This document shows, piece by piece, positions 1-8,132 of a DNA stretch of 64,000 nt. The position numbers and the translations under genes are program-made. The notes beneath the pieces are model-generated. The model was not told the origin of the DNA and did no database searches. It saw nothing but the letters and a program-made list of their open reading frames with translations. The stretch's first letter is position 1; every line of letters starts with the position of its first letter. The stretch comes from an uncultured virus (IMG/VR IMGVR_UViG_3300025154_000091) (Duplodnaviria; Heunggongvirae; Uroviricota; Caudoviricetes): the IMG/VR virus record IMGVR_UViG_3300025154_000091, one strand, 5' to 3'.

Positions 1-92
1 TTGCGCTCTCTAGATAGGAACTCATCTACTACGACCTCAACCATTCCGAAGAAGTCTTCACACAATTGCTTACGCTCAGTATCAGTTAAGAT
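1..92 (-). CDS. 5' fragment of the sigma-like gene (copy 1, cut by window edge)
   Basis: Identical to the 5' end of 61863-62393. Confidence 0.8.
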   Translation of the reverse strand, partial: MLTDTERKQLCEDFFGMVEVVVDEFLSRER

Positions 93-106
93 ATTGTTCT
101 CCTTAT
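1..106. repeat. Exact 106-bp copy of 62302-62407 (genome wrap-around point; unit length about 62,301 bp)
   Basis: Direct comparison; first mismatch at 107 vs 62408. Confidence 0.95.
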
Positions 107-232
107 CTTTAGCACTACATATTCAGAAGATCCTGTCACAAAGTCGAACAAGTAATTATCTAATGGTTGATGACAGAAGTGCAGGTTGCCATAACCTCGT
201 CCCCCAACATATAAGATATAATAGAATCTCAT
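86..232 (-). CDS. LK[VI]RR-tail mini-protein, 48 aa
   Basis: Hand translation: MRFYYILYVGG...EYVVLKIRRTIS*. Confidence 0.75.
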   Translation of the reverse strand: MRFYYILYVGGRGYGNLHFCHQPLDNYLFDFVTGSSEYVVLKIRRTIS

Positions 233-267
233 ATCACTAAGGCTCTATTTATTATATAGTATCTCAT
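229..267 (-). CDS. 12-codon coupling mini-ORF containing a promoter-like motif
   Basis: MRYYIINRALVI*; overlaps both neighbours; conserved at 62679-62717. Confidence 0.45.
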   Translation of the reverse strand: MRYYIINRALVI

Positions 268-428
268 CACCTGATCTTCCTCCGAATCTTTAAGATAGTA
301 TAGTACTCCCTGCCCTCAGGAGATTTAATATAATGAGTAGTTGCAGTATCACTATAACGAGACCTATATAGGAACATATTCCTAGACCTATATCTATTTG
401 CTTCAGTCTCTAACAAGAATAAGTTCAT
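267..428 (-). CDS. LK[VI]RR-tail mini-protein, 53 aa
   Basis: MNLFLLETE...YYTILKIRRKIR*; TGATG overlap with polymerase stop. Confidence 0.75.
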   Translation of the reverse strand: MNLFLLETEANRYRSRNMFLYRSRYSDTATTHYIKSPEGREYYTILKIRRKIR

Positions 429-1513
429 CAATGTACCTCCGCCCAAGTCATTCCTACTTTCACATCAGCATCTATAGGGGTGATCAAGTTCAACTGACCT
501 TGTACCATATTGGCCCCAAGCTTAATGATTCTCGATGCTTCCTCCACATGTTCTGGCAGGCACCTGTAAGCATATTCATCATGATAGCAGATCATTTGTC
601 TACAGTATAAGCCAGTACCTTCAAGCATCTTATTAACATTAATACCCCACATCTTAAAGATGAGAGCAGCAGTCCCTTGGATGGCAGAGTTTAGCAACTT
701 ATACTCCTGCCTAATCTGCATCTTCCTTCCATCAAGACCTACAATGTACTTGTTCTTTTTATAAAACTTAGTTAGATAGTCTACAAGCATCTTCACTCCG
801 AGATTACCAGACCAAAAAGCTTCAATATATACTTCAGCTTCTTCTATTGTGCATCCAAGAATACTAGCAAGCTTAGGTGCTCTAGCTCCAAAATAGATTG
901 CATATTGAAAAGATTTCGCAATGTTTCTAGTACTTTGGATGAGGTCGGCATTGTATTGATGGAGATCTGGAACAGAACTTATCACCCTCCAATATTCTCC
1001 ACCATCAAACAGAGATGCCCAATGTGCTGTGACTCTCGCCTCTATCTGAGCAAGATCAGCACCTATCATTATGTATGGTGGCCACACCCTAAAGAGTGAT
1101 CTCATCTCCTTGCCATAGATAACTTTAGGATCAGCTTTCGGTACGTTGCAAATCGCACCAGCGTGGGTTGTCCTACCTGTTGGAGTATTACATGGCATCC
1201 CTTCAGCAGCTACACGTCCATCATCTCTTACCTTAGAGAGTATACCTTTATTCTCAGGATCCTTTAGGTTCTCGATGGTTCTCCTTCTATGTACAAGGAC
1301 ATTCCTTCGAGCAACTAACTGACCTAGCTCACCTTTGATAGAGCTGAACGAATCTTCAGTGAGCTTCGGGGATGTTATCTCTTTAGTCTTCTTATTTATA
1401 TTCCACTGAGTAGGGATCCACCCTACTGATAATAGGTAGGATTTCACTTGTTCGTGGCTATTCAAATTCAGGTCCATGTATTTTATCTTACAATACGGAC
1501 CTCTTATATTCAT
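428..1513 (-). CDS. DNA polymerase family A, polymerase half of a split gene
   Basis: Motif A ADLAQIEAR, motif B AKSFQYAIYFG, motif C YHDE. Confidence 0.95.
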   Translation of the reverse strand: MNIRGPYCKIKYMDLNLNSHEQVKSYLLSVGWIPTQWNINKKTKEITSPKLTEDSFSSIKGELGQLVARRNVLVHRRRTIENLKDPENKGILSKVRDDGRVAAEGMPCNTPTGRTTHAGAICNVPKADPKVIYGKEMRSLFRVWPPYIMIGADLAQIEARVTAHWASLFDGGEYWRVISSVPDLHQYNADLIQSTRNIAKSFQYAIYFGARAPKLASILGCTIEEAEVYIEAFWSGNLGVKMLVDYLTKFYKKNKYIVGLDGRKMQIRQEYKLLNSAIQGTAALIFKMWGINVNKMLEGTGLYCRQMICYHDEYAYRCLPEHVEEASRIIKLGANMVQGQLNLITPIDADVKVGMTWAEVH

Positions 1514-2074
1514 TTATAATTCTCCTTTTAAATATGAAATTGCAGATGATAAAATAGAAACATCATCATTAGCATGACCTACTAGTACGTTGCAGCTATT
1601 ACATAACAACCCTCTTATATTACCAGTTAGATGGTTGTGATCAACAGAATAACTTCTTTTAGAGTCTGGAGTAACTAGATCACATCCACAAATAGCACAA
1701 GCACCTTTCTGAATATTCATCATATCCATTAGAGAATCTTCAGATACTTTATACTTATACTTTAATTGGTAAAATCTCGACCTATCTGGGTTATCCTTCT
1801 GATATCTTGCATTTGCTTCGCTCAGCTTCTCTTTATTAGATTGATAATAAAGTTTATGATACTCCTTAGACTTATCCTTATTACTCTCCCTATACTCTTT
1901 TTGCTTTTCTAAAACCTTACCCTTGTTAGCATCCCTATAAGCCTTCACCCTCATAGATTCACAAGATTTGCATATACATCTCAGAACATCTTTCCCACTC
2001 TTACTAGTACGGACTTTATAAAAGTACTCTGATGTTGCTGGATATTCTGATCCACATTTTTTACAAATCTTCAT
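1514..2074 (-). CDS. Endonuclease VII-type HNH homing endonuclease
   Basis: CAICG...VDHNHLTGNIRGLLCNSCN; N-terminal CxxC. Confidence 0.9.
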   Translation of the reverse strand: MKICKKCGSEYPATSEYFYKVRTSKSGKDVLRCICKSCESMRVKAYRDANKGKVLEKQKEYRESNKDKSKEYHKLYYQSNKEKLSEANARYQKDNPDRSRFYQLKYKYKVSEDSLMDMMNIQKGACAICGCDLVTPDSKRSYSVDHNHLTGNIRGLLCNSCNVLVGHANDDVSILSSAISYLKGEL

Positions 2075-2115
2075 AGGTCCCTCCTAAAGGTTAAGTATGT
2101 AATGTTTTATTACAA

Positions 2116-2131
2116 CTATAACCTATATAGT
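2116..2131 (-). promoter_or_regulatory. ACTATATAG-N3-ATAG promoter-like motif upstream of the HNH gene
   Basis: ACTATATAGGTTATAG on the minus strand; motif recurs upstream of other transcription units. Confidence 0.65.
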
Positions 2132-2173
2132 TAATAGGAACCTGATCTTACAGTATGGTCCACGAATATTCAT
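2123..2173 (-). pseudogene. Remnant of the original polymerase 5' end
   Basis: MNIRGPYCKIRFLLTI*; first 10 aa identical to the polymerase start at 1513 but with different codons. Confidence 0.85.
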
Positions 2174-2176
2174 GTC

Positions 2177-2308
2177 CTATAAGGTTCTCCTCACTTTAAG
2201 TAGAGTATTCTGTCCGGGGAACTGTGCAGCTACACTACAATTAATAAGGATGGCTCTATTATGAGTAGTCCCACAACCATGCCACCCATGTCTTATGTAA
2301 AACTTCAT
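2177..2308 (-). CDS. LK[VI]RR-tail mini-protein, 43 aa
   Basis: MKFYIRHGW...HNRAIL...TLLKVRRTL*. Confidence 0.75.
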   Translation of the reverse strand: MKFYIRHGWHGCGTTHNRAILINCSVAAQFPGQNTLLKVRRTL

Positions 2309-2442
2309 AGTGTTCTCCTCACCTTTAGCACTATAAAGGTTGTTGGTGGAGGTCCGTAGTGTTCTGATAGAACTACAATGTTTCTATTGTATCTGCACAA
2401 CTGACTACAATTTTTCCACCCCTCTATACAGAAGACTCTCAT
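2305..2442 (-). CDS. LK[VI]RR-tail mini-protein, 45 aa
   Basis: MRVFCIEGW...YNRNIVV...IVLKVRRTL*. Confidence 0.75.
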   Translation of the reverse strand: MRVFCIEGWKNCSQLCRYNRNIVVLSEHYGPPPTTFIVLKVRRTL

Positions 2443-2627
2443 AGCACCCTCTTAACCTTTAAAAAGACTCCATGATTAGGGGCTATGATCCAACTCTTAT
2501 AGTGTACACTACTCTGATCTTCTGGGAACTTAATAAAATCCCTACAGAAACTATACATCCACTCGTTCCACCCAGGAGATAGTTCATGGGTTGTTTGATT
2601 ATACTCAAGTATCAGTAAGTATCTCAA
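2439..2627 (-). CDS. LK[VI]RR-tail mini-protein, 62 aa
   Basis: MRYLLILEY...VFLKVKRVL*. Confidence 0.75.
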   Translation of the reverse strand: MRYLLILEYNQTTHELSPGWNEWMYSFCRDFIKFPEDQSSVHYKSWIIAPNHGVFLKVKRVL

Positions 2628-3342
2628 TAGTTTCCTCTTGGTTTATCCACTTCTTTGTGGCTTCATTATATGTACCATCCTTCTTGTAAGGCATGGTCCC
2701 TTTCTCAATATTACCTACACCCTTTATCCTCATAGGACTCTTATCATACAAGAGTGTATCTAGCTGAGCAATTTCTTCATCTAATCGTACCAATAGATCC
2801 TTAGCCAACTCAACATCTATATCTACACCTTCAAGTTCTTGAGCTGCTCGATACATTGCGAAGTCTTGCTCTATGTTAAGAGATGTAATCCAGTTCCAAC
2901 TCTGGCAATACCTTTCTACTAGGTACTCATACACCATCTCGTTTATCTCAACATCCTCTGAGCACCTATGTAACATATCCTCAGAGAACACTGACCAATC
3001 CTCATGCACTGGTTTACTTCTTTTGAACTGCTCTCCGTATGACTCAAGAGAATGGCCCCCGAATCGTTCGGGGTTAAATAGCTTGGACATACAGAGAGTG
3101 TCCTTAAGCTTCTTGTGTGTGAATGTTGGATATAACTTCTTGATAGCAGGTATATCAAATCCACAGATGTTGTGACCGACCAACTGGTCAGCACTACTGA
3201 GAAGCTGAAGGCCCTCCTCTATTTGGTGTGGTCTAAACTTGAAGACCTCTTTGGTCTTGAGATCTTTAGCTACAATACAATGGATCTTAGTTATCTCATA
3301 GAGAAATCCATCTCCCTCAATATCTACAACGTATCTAGACAA
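2605..3342 (-). CDS. 3'-5' exonuclease half of the split family A DNA polymerase
   Basis: ExoI DIEGD, ExoII GHNICGFD, ExoIII-like RCSEDV; resembles T7 gp5 N-terminus. Confidence 0.92.
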   Translation of the reverse strand: MSRYVVDIEGDGFLYEITKIHCIVAKDLKTKEVFKFRPHQIEEGLQLLSSADQLVGHNICGFDIPAIKKLYPTFTHKKLKDTLCMSKLFNPERFGGHSLESYGEQFKRSKPVHEDWSVFSEDMLHRCSEDVEINEMVYEYLVERYCQSWNWITSLNIEQDFAMYRAAQELEGVDIDVELAKDLLVRLDEEIAQLDTLLYDKSPMRIKGVGNIEKGTMPYKKDGTYNEATKKWINQEETIEILTDT

Positions 3343-3472
3343 CTCTCCTCACCTTTAGGACTGTGTATCCCTCCTCAAATGTTAGGTAACAAACAGGACA
3401 ACCCATAGTAATTAATCTTCTACTATAACCAACACTCCAATAACAGTTCCCACGTAGAATCACGAAGACCAC
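3335..3472 (-). CDS. LK[VI]RR-tail mini-protein, 45 aa (GTG start)
   Basis: MVFVILRGNCYW...YSRRLI...YTVLKVRRVV*. Confidence 0.7.
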   Translation of the reverse strand: MVFVILRGNCYWSVGYSRRLITMGCPVCYLTFEEGYTVLKVRRVV

Positions 3473-3618
3473 TATAACTTTCTCTTAACCTTTAGGTTGA
3501 TATAATAGTCTCTCGGCTTTTTAAATTGTCTCCATATATAGAAACTTCTCACAGACATATCTCCCCATCCATAACCATCAGAATCTCTAACAGCTATAGT
3601 AAACCACACATGATTCAT
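3472..3618 (-). CDS. LK[VI]RR-tail mini-protein, 48 aa
   Basis: MNHVWFTIAV...YYINLKVKRKL*. Confidence 0.75.
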   Translation of the reverse strand: MNHVWFTIAVRDSDGYGWGDMSVRSFYIWRQFKKPRDYYINLKVKRKL

Positions 3619-3821
3619 CAATACCTCCGTCTTATTTGTAGCTCCTTCATCACCTCATAGGGAGGACTACTCACTCTCCAACGAATCTCATGAGGAGCGC
3701 CCTCCATCTCTATGGCTCTGAGATAATCAGCATTAGTATCCTCTCTAGCAAATGATCTACGATTTCTAGAGGTCCAGTCTGGGTCTTCCCTAAATGAATT
3801 ATACACAACCCAGAATCTCAC
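3618..3821 (-). CDS. LK[VI]RR-tail mini-protein, 67 aa
   Basis: MRFWVVY...RNRRSF...KELQIRRRY*. Confidence 0.75.
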   Translation of the reverse strand: MRFWVVYNSFREDPDWTSRNRRSFAREDTNADYLRAIEMEGAPHEIRWRVSSPPYEVMKELQIRRRY

Positions 3822-4048
3822 AGCCTCCTCCTGACCTTTAGAGGAATGAGTCTATCTACTGGTATGAATCCTCCAGATATCACGCCAAACCATTGAGCAA
3901 AGGATAACCCGTAGAATTCTGGAAGTTCATCATCTTCTTCATAGTCCTCTAGATCTATCTCCTCTTCCCTATAGAACATACCAGTCCATTGTTCAGGTGT
4001 AGCTGTTCCATAATCTAGATGCTTACATAGATAGAAATTAAAACTCAT
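3818..4048 (-). CDS. LK[VI]RR-tail mini-protein, 76 aa
   Basis: MSFNFYL...IPLKVRRRL*. Confidence 0.75.
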   Translation of the reverse strand: MSFNFYLCKHLDYGTATPEQWTGMFYREEEIDLEDYEEDDELPEFYGLSFAQWFGVISGGFIPVDRLIPLKVRRRL

Positions 4049-4730
4049 CGTCGCAGAACTCCTCCTCTAGTACTCCAGTTTCTTTATTGTACCTGAGAGG
4101 TATGTGTCCTGTGTTACCACCAAGTCTATCCTTTATGATAGATAATTTACACTTGTTCCTCTCTTCCAATGTGTCAGCTAACTGGTCCCTTGAGAGACCC
4201 CATAGCGCAGTAGAGTACTTCCATTGTGCCCTACTTCCCGAGAACTGTGAGCCATATACTTCACCACCAGCGCCATGATCCTTACCACTTGGAGGATTGT
4301 TCAAATGGTTAACACTAAAGAACGTCAGCCCCTGTTCTGTTCTAAACCTTCTCATATCTCTCATAACTTGACCCAAAGCCTGATTAGCTTCGGATGCAGA
4401 TAAATGTTCCACCAATGCAGATAGTGGGTCAATAAAGAATACCCTAATACCTTTGCTTGCAAAGTATCGTATATTATCCTTGACCTCTTCCCAATCCTCT
4501 GTGAGACCATCATAAAAATGAACCTTCCCCTCTAGAGTTGCACCTATTCTCCTCGCCTCCTCTACATCATAATCACAATCAGGTTTATGAATAGGCTTGT
4601 TCATTATGCTACCTATAATCTTCTTTAACGAGCCCTTTGCCTTCTCCTCTATATCAAATACAGCTATCTGCCTGTTGTGTACAAACATTAAGTGTTGTTG
4701 TATCTGCCTTACTAGTGTACTTTTACCTGT
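4038..4730 (-). CDS. Primase-helicase exon 2 (DnaB-like helicase)
   Basis: Starts TGKST (end of Walker A); FFIDPL Walker B; FSGS and KDR motifs. Confidence 0.92.
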   Translation of the reverse strand, partial: TGKSTLVRQIQQHLMFVHNRQIAVFDIEEKAKGSLKKIIGSIMNKPIHKPDCDYDVEEARRIGATLEGKVHFYDGLTEDWEEVKDNIRYFASKGIRVFFIDPLSALVEHLSASEANQALGQVMRDMRRFRTEQGLTFFSVNHLNNPPSGKDHGAGGEVYGSQFSGSRAQWKYSTALWGLSRDQLADTLEERNKCKLSIIKDRLGGNTGHIPLRYNKETGVLEEEFCDDEF

Positions 4731-4873
4731 CGCTTGTGTTACGAGGTGCTCGATTCCAGTACCTCTCTCAAGGTTTCCCATGAGGCCAGACTATATCATC
4801 ATCTTTTCAGATGCTATGCGCTTCGGACCCTCTTGAGTCCTACTCCCTCTCGGGATAGTCGTTACACTTTCTA

Positions 4874-5407
4874 CTACCAAGAGTATCTACAACTAACATG
4901 CTTCCAGTTTTGGCGACTTCTTATAGAGTAGTATAGCCTGAATGATAAGTTATCAAAAGAGCTAAGGATATCATCTCTACTAACCCTATTAGATATCATA
5001 TAACAAATAGTATCAACATCTTCATCTGACAGGATAGAGTTATGAATCTTCTCTCCCAGGCGAATGCGCCTTTTTCCAGATGCAAATGAATGGCATACAT
5101 TCTCGGAAGGAGATACCCACTCCAGATTAGAGACACAATTGTTACTCTTTATACCGTCTATATGATTAACCTCTTCTCCATCTTTATGATCTGGATTAAA
5201 AGTTTCCATAACTAATCTGTGAACTTGGTAAGTCTTCCTAAACCTCTCATACTGAAGAACAACAAGAAGATAACCCTGTCTATGCCTTCCAGGTTTTAAG
5301 ATTCTAGGAACTTTACCGTGGGTTGACATAACTCTTCCACAATCTGACACTTGATACTGGCCACCAAAACCTTCAACATGTTTCCAAACTTCCATCGCAT
5401 CCTCCAT
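4874..5407 (-). CDS. Intron-encoded NUMOD4-HNH homing endonuclease
   Basis: EVWKHVEGF..YQVSDCGRV; VHRLV; VNHIDGIKSNNCVSNLEW. Confidence 0.92.
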   Translation of the reverse strand: MEDAMEVWKHVEGFGGQYQVSDCGRVMSTHGKVPRILKPGRHRQGYLLVVLQYERFRKTYQVHRLVMETFNPDHKDGEEVNHIDGIKSNNCVSNLEWVSPSENVCHSFASGKRRIRLGEKIHNSILSDEDVDTICYMISNRVSRDDILSSFDNLSFRLYYSIRSRQNWKHVSCRYSW

Positions 5408-5431
5408 AGATTATTTGTATATTACATTCAA

Positions 5432-5447
5432 CTATAATCTATATAGT
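5432..5447 (-). promoter_or_regulatory. ACTATATAG-N3-ATAG motif upstream of the intron ORF
   Basis: ACTATATAGATTATAG on the minus strand. Confidence 0.65.
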
Positions 5448-5562
5448 ATGCAACACTCTGATAATAGCTTAGCTCGGGATTACCATATCTTAATAGACTT
5501 AGGCTTCCCCCGAATTCACATAGTTATTCGATGAGCATCTCTACTCAAAGGGGCAATTATTT

Positions 5563-6492
5563 ACCCGGTCCAGCCCCTATCGAAATTATCTCTCCCTCTT
5601 CCTCCTTAAGGCCATACGTAAGCTTCGTAAGCCTCTCGAAGGGGTAAGATAAGCCCCACGGTACAGGTTTAATAGTATCGGCCAAGATATCACCAACAGA
5701 TATAATATTACTAGGGCGATATTCTCTAGCGTTGAAGTAAGCATTGATGAACTCCTTCTGCTTTCCTTTTACCAGCATATCACTGGCATCTTTCTCTGAG
5801 ATGACCAAGACCCTAGCCCTCTCACCTATGACAGGTGCATACTTAGCCACAGCTGCCCTGCCAGCAGCATCCATATCAGTAGCTATGATGATCTCTTCAA
5901 AGCCCTTGAAGAACTCAAGACTCTCAGTCACCGTAGCCAATGAGGACTCTTCACCCCTTGGTAGAGACACTACTGCAGGTTCTACCTCAGGATACCTAGT
6001 CTTCAGCATCTCATAGGCAGCACACATATCCTCTTCACCACCAGTGATAAGCAACTTTCTGCCTGACATAGGACAGCAGTGGAGTCCTGATAGGTCAGGT
6101 ATCTTTCCCTTCTGATCTCCAATACTTGAGAACTTCTTAGGAAGTAATCTCTTCTTATATCCTATAAACTTACCGAGATGTGTCTCAGGGTAATAGATAG
6201 CTACTGGAATACCTGTAGCCTCTGAGAGCTCTGTTCGGATCTTGAAGTGCTTGTGTGTCTCAGCACTTATAAGTCTATCGGGATTACCGTAATAAGGAAG
6301 TCTCTTTATTTCATCTAACTCCATCTCTCCTCCTTTTTTAGAAGCATCACACACCTCTCCGTCTCTTTCGTAGTATGGCGGATGATAAGGTTTTAGGCAA
6401 GCTCGTGTTACACCGTCCTTCATCAACCATAGATGATCAGAGTTTGAATCATGCCCGAGCGACTTGCACACCTTACATTGGCGATTCTTCAT
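5563..6492 (-). CDS. Primase-helicase exon 1 (zinc-binding and TOPRIM primase)
   Basis: N-terminal CxxC; ITGGEED and DMD TOPRIM motifs; ends GAGPG; spliced product is 540 aa. Confidence 0.92.
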
Positions 6493-7120
6493 ATGATTCT
6501 AAATACTTAGCAGCTTTAAGGCAAGTATCTTTAGAGTCTTTTAAGAACCCTATACCAGAGTTACAAGAATTACATAACAACCCTCGGGCTTTTCCAGTAT
6601 CATGGTCATGATCTATAGAGAACATCTCAATAAAATCTATACCACATATAGCACATTTCCCAACTTGAGAGATTATCATACCCTCTAACCACTGCTCAGT
6701 TATATTGAAGATCTTAAGTCTTCGTCTGAAGAGAGTTTCGTTATAACCTTCGGTATCCTTATAAACTTCTCTATTTCTTATTATTCTATCTGCATTCTCC
6801 TCTCTATAGATAGCATCGTACTCTCTTTTCCATTCTGCATAACCCGGATCTGATCTCTTCCAAAGCGCATGGCACCTCTTAGAACAAAACTTAGTTCTTT
6901 TAGGCCCCCTCTTAGCTTGTATAATAACCTCTCCGCATATACAACATATCCCAGTTGTAGCTGTCTTGCATAGATCAACACACTCCTCTCCAGCTCTTCT
7001 AGCAAACTCAGCCTCTTCCTTATCCTTATAAGATCCTAGGTTTACACAACCAAGACTAGATCTTATAGATGCTTTCCATCTTTTCCTTGCCTTATTCCAA
7101 TGAACACCTTTCATAATCAT
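6473..7120 (-). CDS. AP2-like plus endonuclease VII-type homing endonuclease
   Basis: KGVHWNKARKRWKA..NLGSY (AP2-like); IDHDHDTGKARGLLCNSCN. Confidence 0.88.
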   Translation of the reverse strand: MIMKGVHWNKARKRWKASIRSSLGCVNLGSYKDKEEAEFARRAGEECVDLCKTATTGICCICGEVIIQAKRGPKRTKFCSKRCHALWKRSDPGYAEWKREYDAIYREENADRIIRNREVYKDTEGYNETLFRRRLKIFNITEQWLEGMIISQVGKCAICGIDFIEMFSIDHDHDTGKARGLLCNSCNSGIGFLKDSKDTCLKAAKYLESYEESPM

Positions 7121-7156
7121 CCCTCCAGTTGAATTAAAATATAAACCCTTTAAGGT

Positions 7157-7165
7157 CTATATAGT
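7157..7165 (-). promoter_or_regulatory. ACTATATAG motif upstream of the endonuclease
   Basis: About 37 nt before the ORF start. Confidence 0.55.
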
Positions 7166-7200
7166 AATCACGTTACTGAAGTGATAATTATGGGGATCAG

Positions 7201-7245
7201 TTACACATAAAACCCCCTACATTCAGGACATGGGCGATTGCTCAC
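7201..7245 (-). pseudogene. Remnant of the original primase 5' end
   Basis: GTG start, SNRPCPECRG.. vs current MKNRQCKVCK; SD AAGGAG upstream. Confidence 0.7.
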
Positions 7246-7370
7246 ATTCTCCTTTTCACCTTCAATAGTATAATATTAGGACTACCATTTATTCCACAAA
7301 TAATCCTCCTATGATTTCCAGGATACCACCAATCATTTAAGTGGTTGGATAAGATACAAAACCTTTTCAT
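7242..7370 (-). CDS. LK[VI]RR-tail mini-protein, 42 aa
   Basis: MKRFCIL...WWYPGNHRRII...ILLKVKRRM*. Confidence 0.75.
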   Translation of the reverse strand: MKRFCILSNHLNDWWYPGNHRRIICGINGSPNIILLKVKRRM

Positions 7371-7503
7371 AGATGCCTCTTAATCTTCAGTGCAATATAT
7401 GCCCTACACCCTTAGCCGAATAGCACCTCAACCTTCTACTCAAAGAGGGTGGCCAGTATCCGTCAGCTATATCCTTAGCCCATAGTATACAGAAGTTACT
7501 CAT
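7367..7503 (-). pseudogene. Frameshifted LK[VI]RR-tail mini-gene
   Basis: MSNFCILW...SLSRRL, tail YIALKIKRHL* in another frame; 137 nt, one short of in-frame. Confidence 0.65.
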
Positions 7504-7646
7504 AGCCTTTTCTTAACCTTTAGGATTATATACATCTCAGTATCATCTGAGATATCTTCATCCTCAAACATCACCCTTCTGGAATTGTAACTCCACCACC
7601 TTGAAGGTTCTGATGCACACCAAAGGATGATGAATAGGCCACTCAA
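7500..7646 (-). CDS. LK[VI]RR-tail mini-protein, 48 aa (TTG start)
   Basis: MSGLFIILW...WWSYNSRRV...YIILKVKKRL*. Confidence 0.7.
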   Translation of the reverse strand: MSGLFIILWCASEPSRWWSYNSRRVMFEDEDISDDTEMYIILKVKKRL

Positions 7647-7822
7647 TATTTTCTCCTAATCTTCAATTCCTTTAGGTTCAAGTACAGGCTAGAGTGTCTT
7701 CCATCACAGAAGGAATATGCAATATCACTTCTCGGATCCTTCTGCCTATAGATCATACCAATCTTCCAGTACAAGAAATCCATTAGATCAGCACCTGCTC
7801 TGTACCTATAGAAGAATCTCAC
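7643..7822 (-). CDS. LK[VI]RR-tail mini-protein, 59 aa (GTG start; track ORF over-extended)
   Basis: MRFFYRY...KELKIRRKY*. Confidence 0.75.
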   Translation of the reverse strand: MRFFYRYRAGADLMDFLYWKIGMIYRQKDPRSDIAYSFCDGRHSSLYLNLKELKIRRKY

Positions 7823-7956
7823 AACTTCCTCCTCACTCTTAAGCGTGTACAGTTTGTAATGTCTGTACTCACCTGGTATGCCCTCATGCATCTGCACATT
7901 GACCAATGCCAGAAGGTAGGGTTATCTACATCATATAAGAAGCAATAGATTCTCAT
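7819..7956 (-). CDS. LK[VI]RR-tail mini-protein, 45 aa
   Basis: MRIYCFLYDVDNPTFW...TRLRVRRKL*. Confidence 0.75.
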   Translation of the reverse strand: MRIYCFLYDVDNPTFWHWSMCRCMRAYQVSTDITNCTRLRVRRKL

Positions 7957-8102
7957 AGCTTCCTCTTAATTTTTAAGAACCTATAGTAGCATCTATCACC
8001 ATCTCTTATAGTCGTAGTATGTTTATAATGATCTATGTTTCTTCCATAGAACGGTATCCAAAATTCAGGATCATCTATATCATACAATAAAACAAAGTAC
8101 AT
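7953..8102 (-). CDS. LK[VI]RR-tail mini-protein, 49 aa
   Basis: MYFVLLYDIDDPEFW...YRFLKIKRKL*. Confidence 0.75.
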   Translation of the reverse strand: MYFVLLYDIDDPEFWIPFYGRNIDHYKHTTTIRDGDRCYYRFLKIKRKL

Positions 8103-8132
8103 ATCATCTCCACCACTATAGGTTCTTAAGAA

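Larger units (their letters stand above)
4731..5562 (-). mobile_element. Group I intron (832 nt) in the primase-helicase gene
   Basis: P1 GGGU/GCCC with U-G at the splice site; P3 CUAUGUG/CGCAUAG; P4 UUCGGG/CCCGAG; P7 GACUA/UAGUC; terminal G; splicing restores GAGPGTGKST in frame. Confidence 0.93.

Noticed and set aside
1514..2604. Intron or split intein joining the polymerase halves
   Set aside because: No group I P7 pair or intein terminal motifs seen; the gap is filled with coupled ORFs and the polymerase half has its own SD and ATG.
2605..2625. Exonuclease C-terminus ILTDT matches the sigma N-terminus ILTDT
   Set aside because: Five residues arising in the overlap with a mini-gene start; no further similarity, so probably chance.
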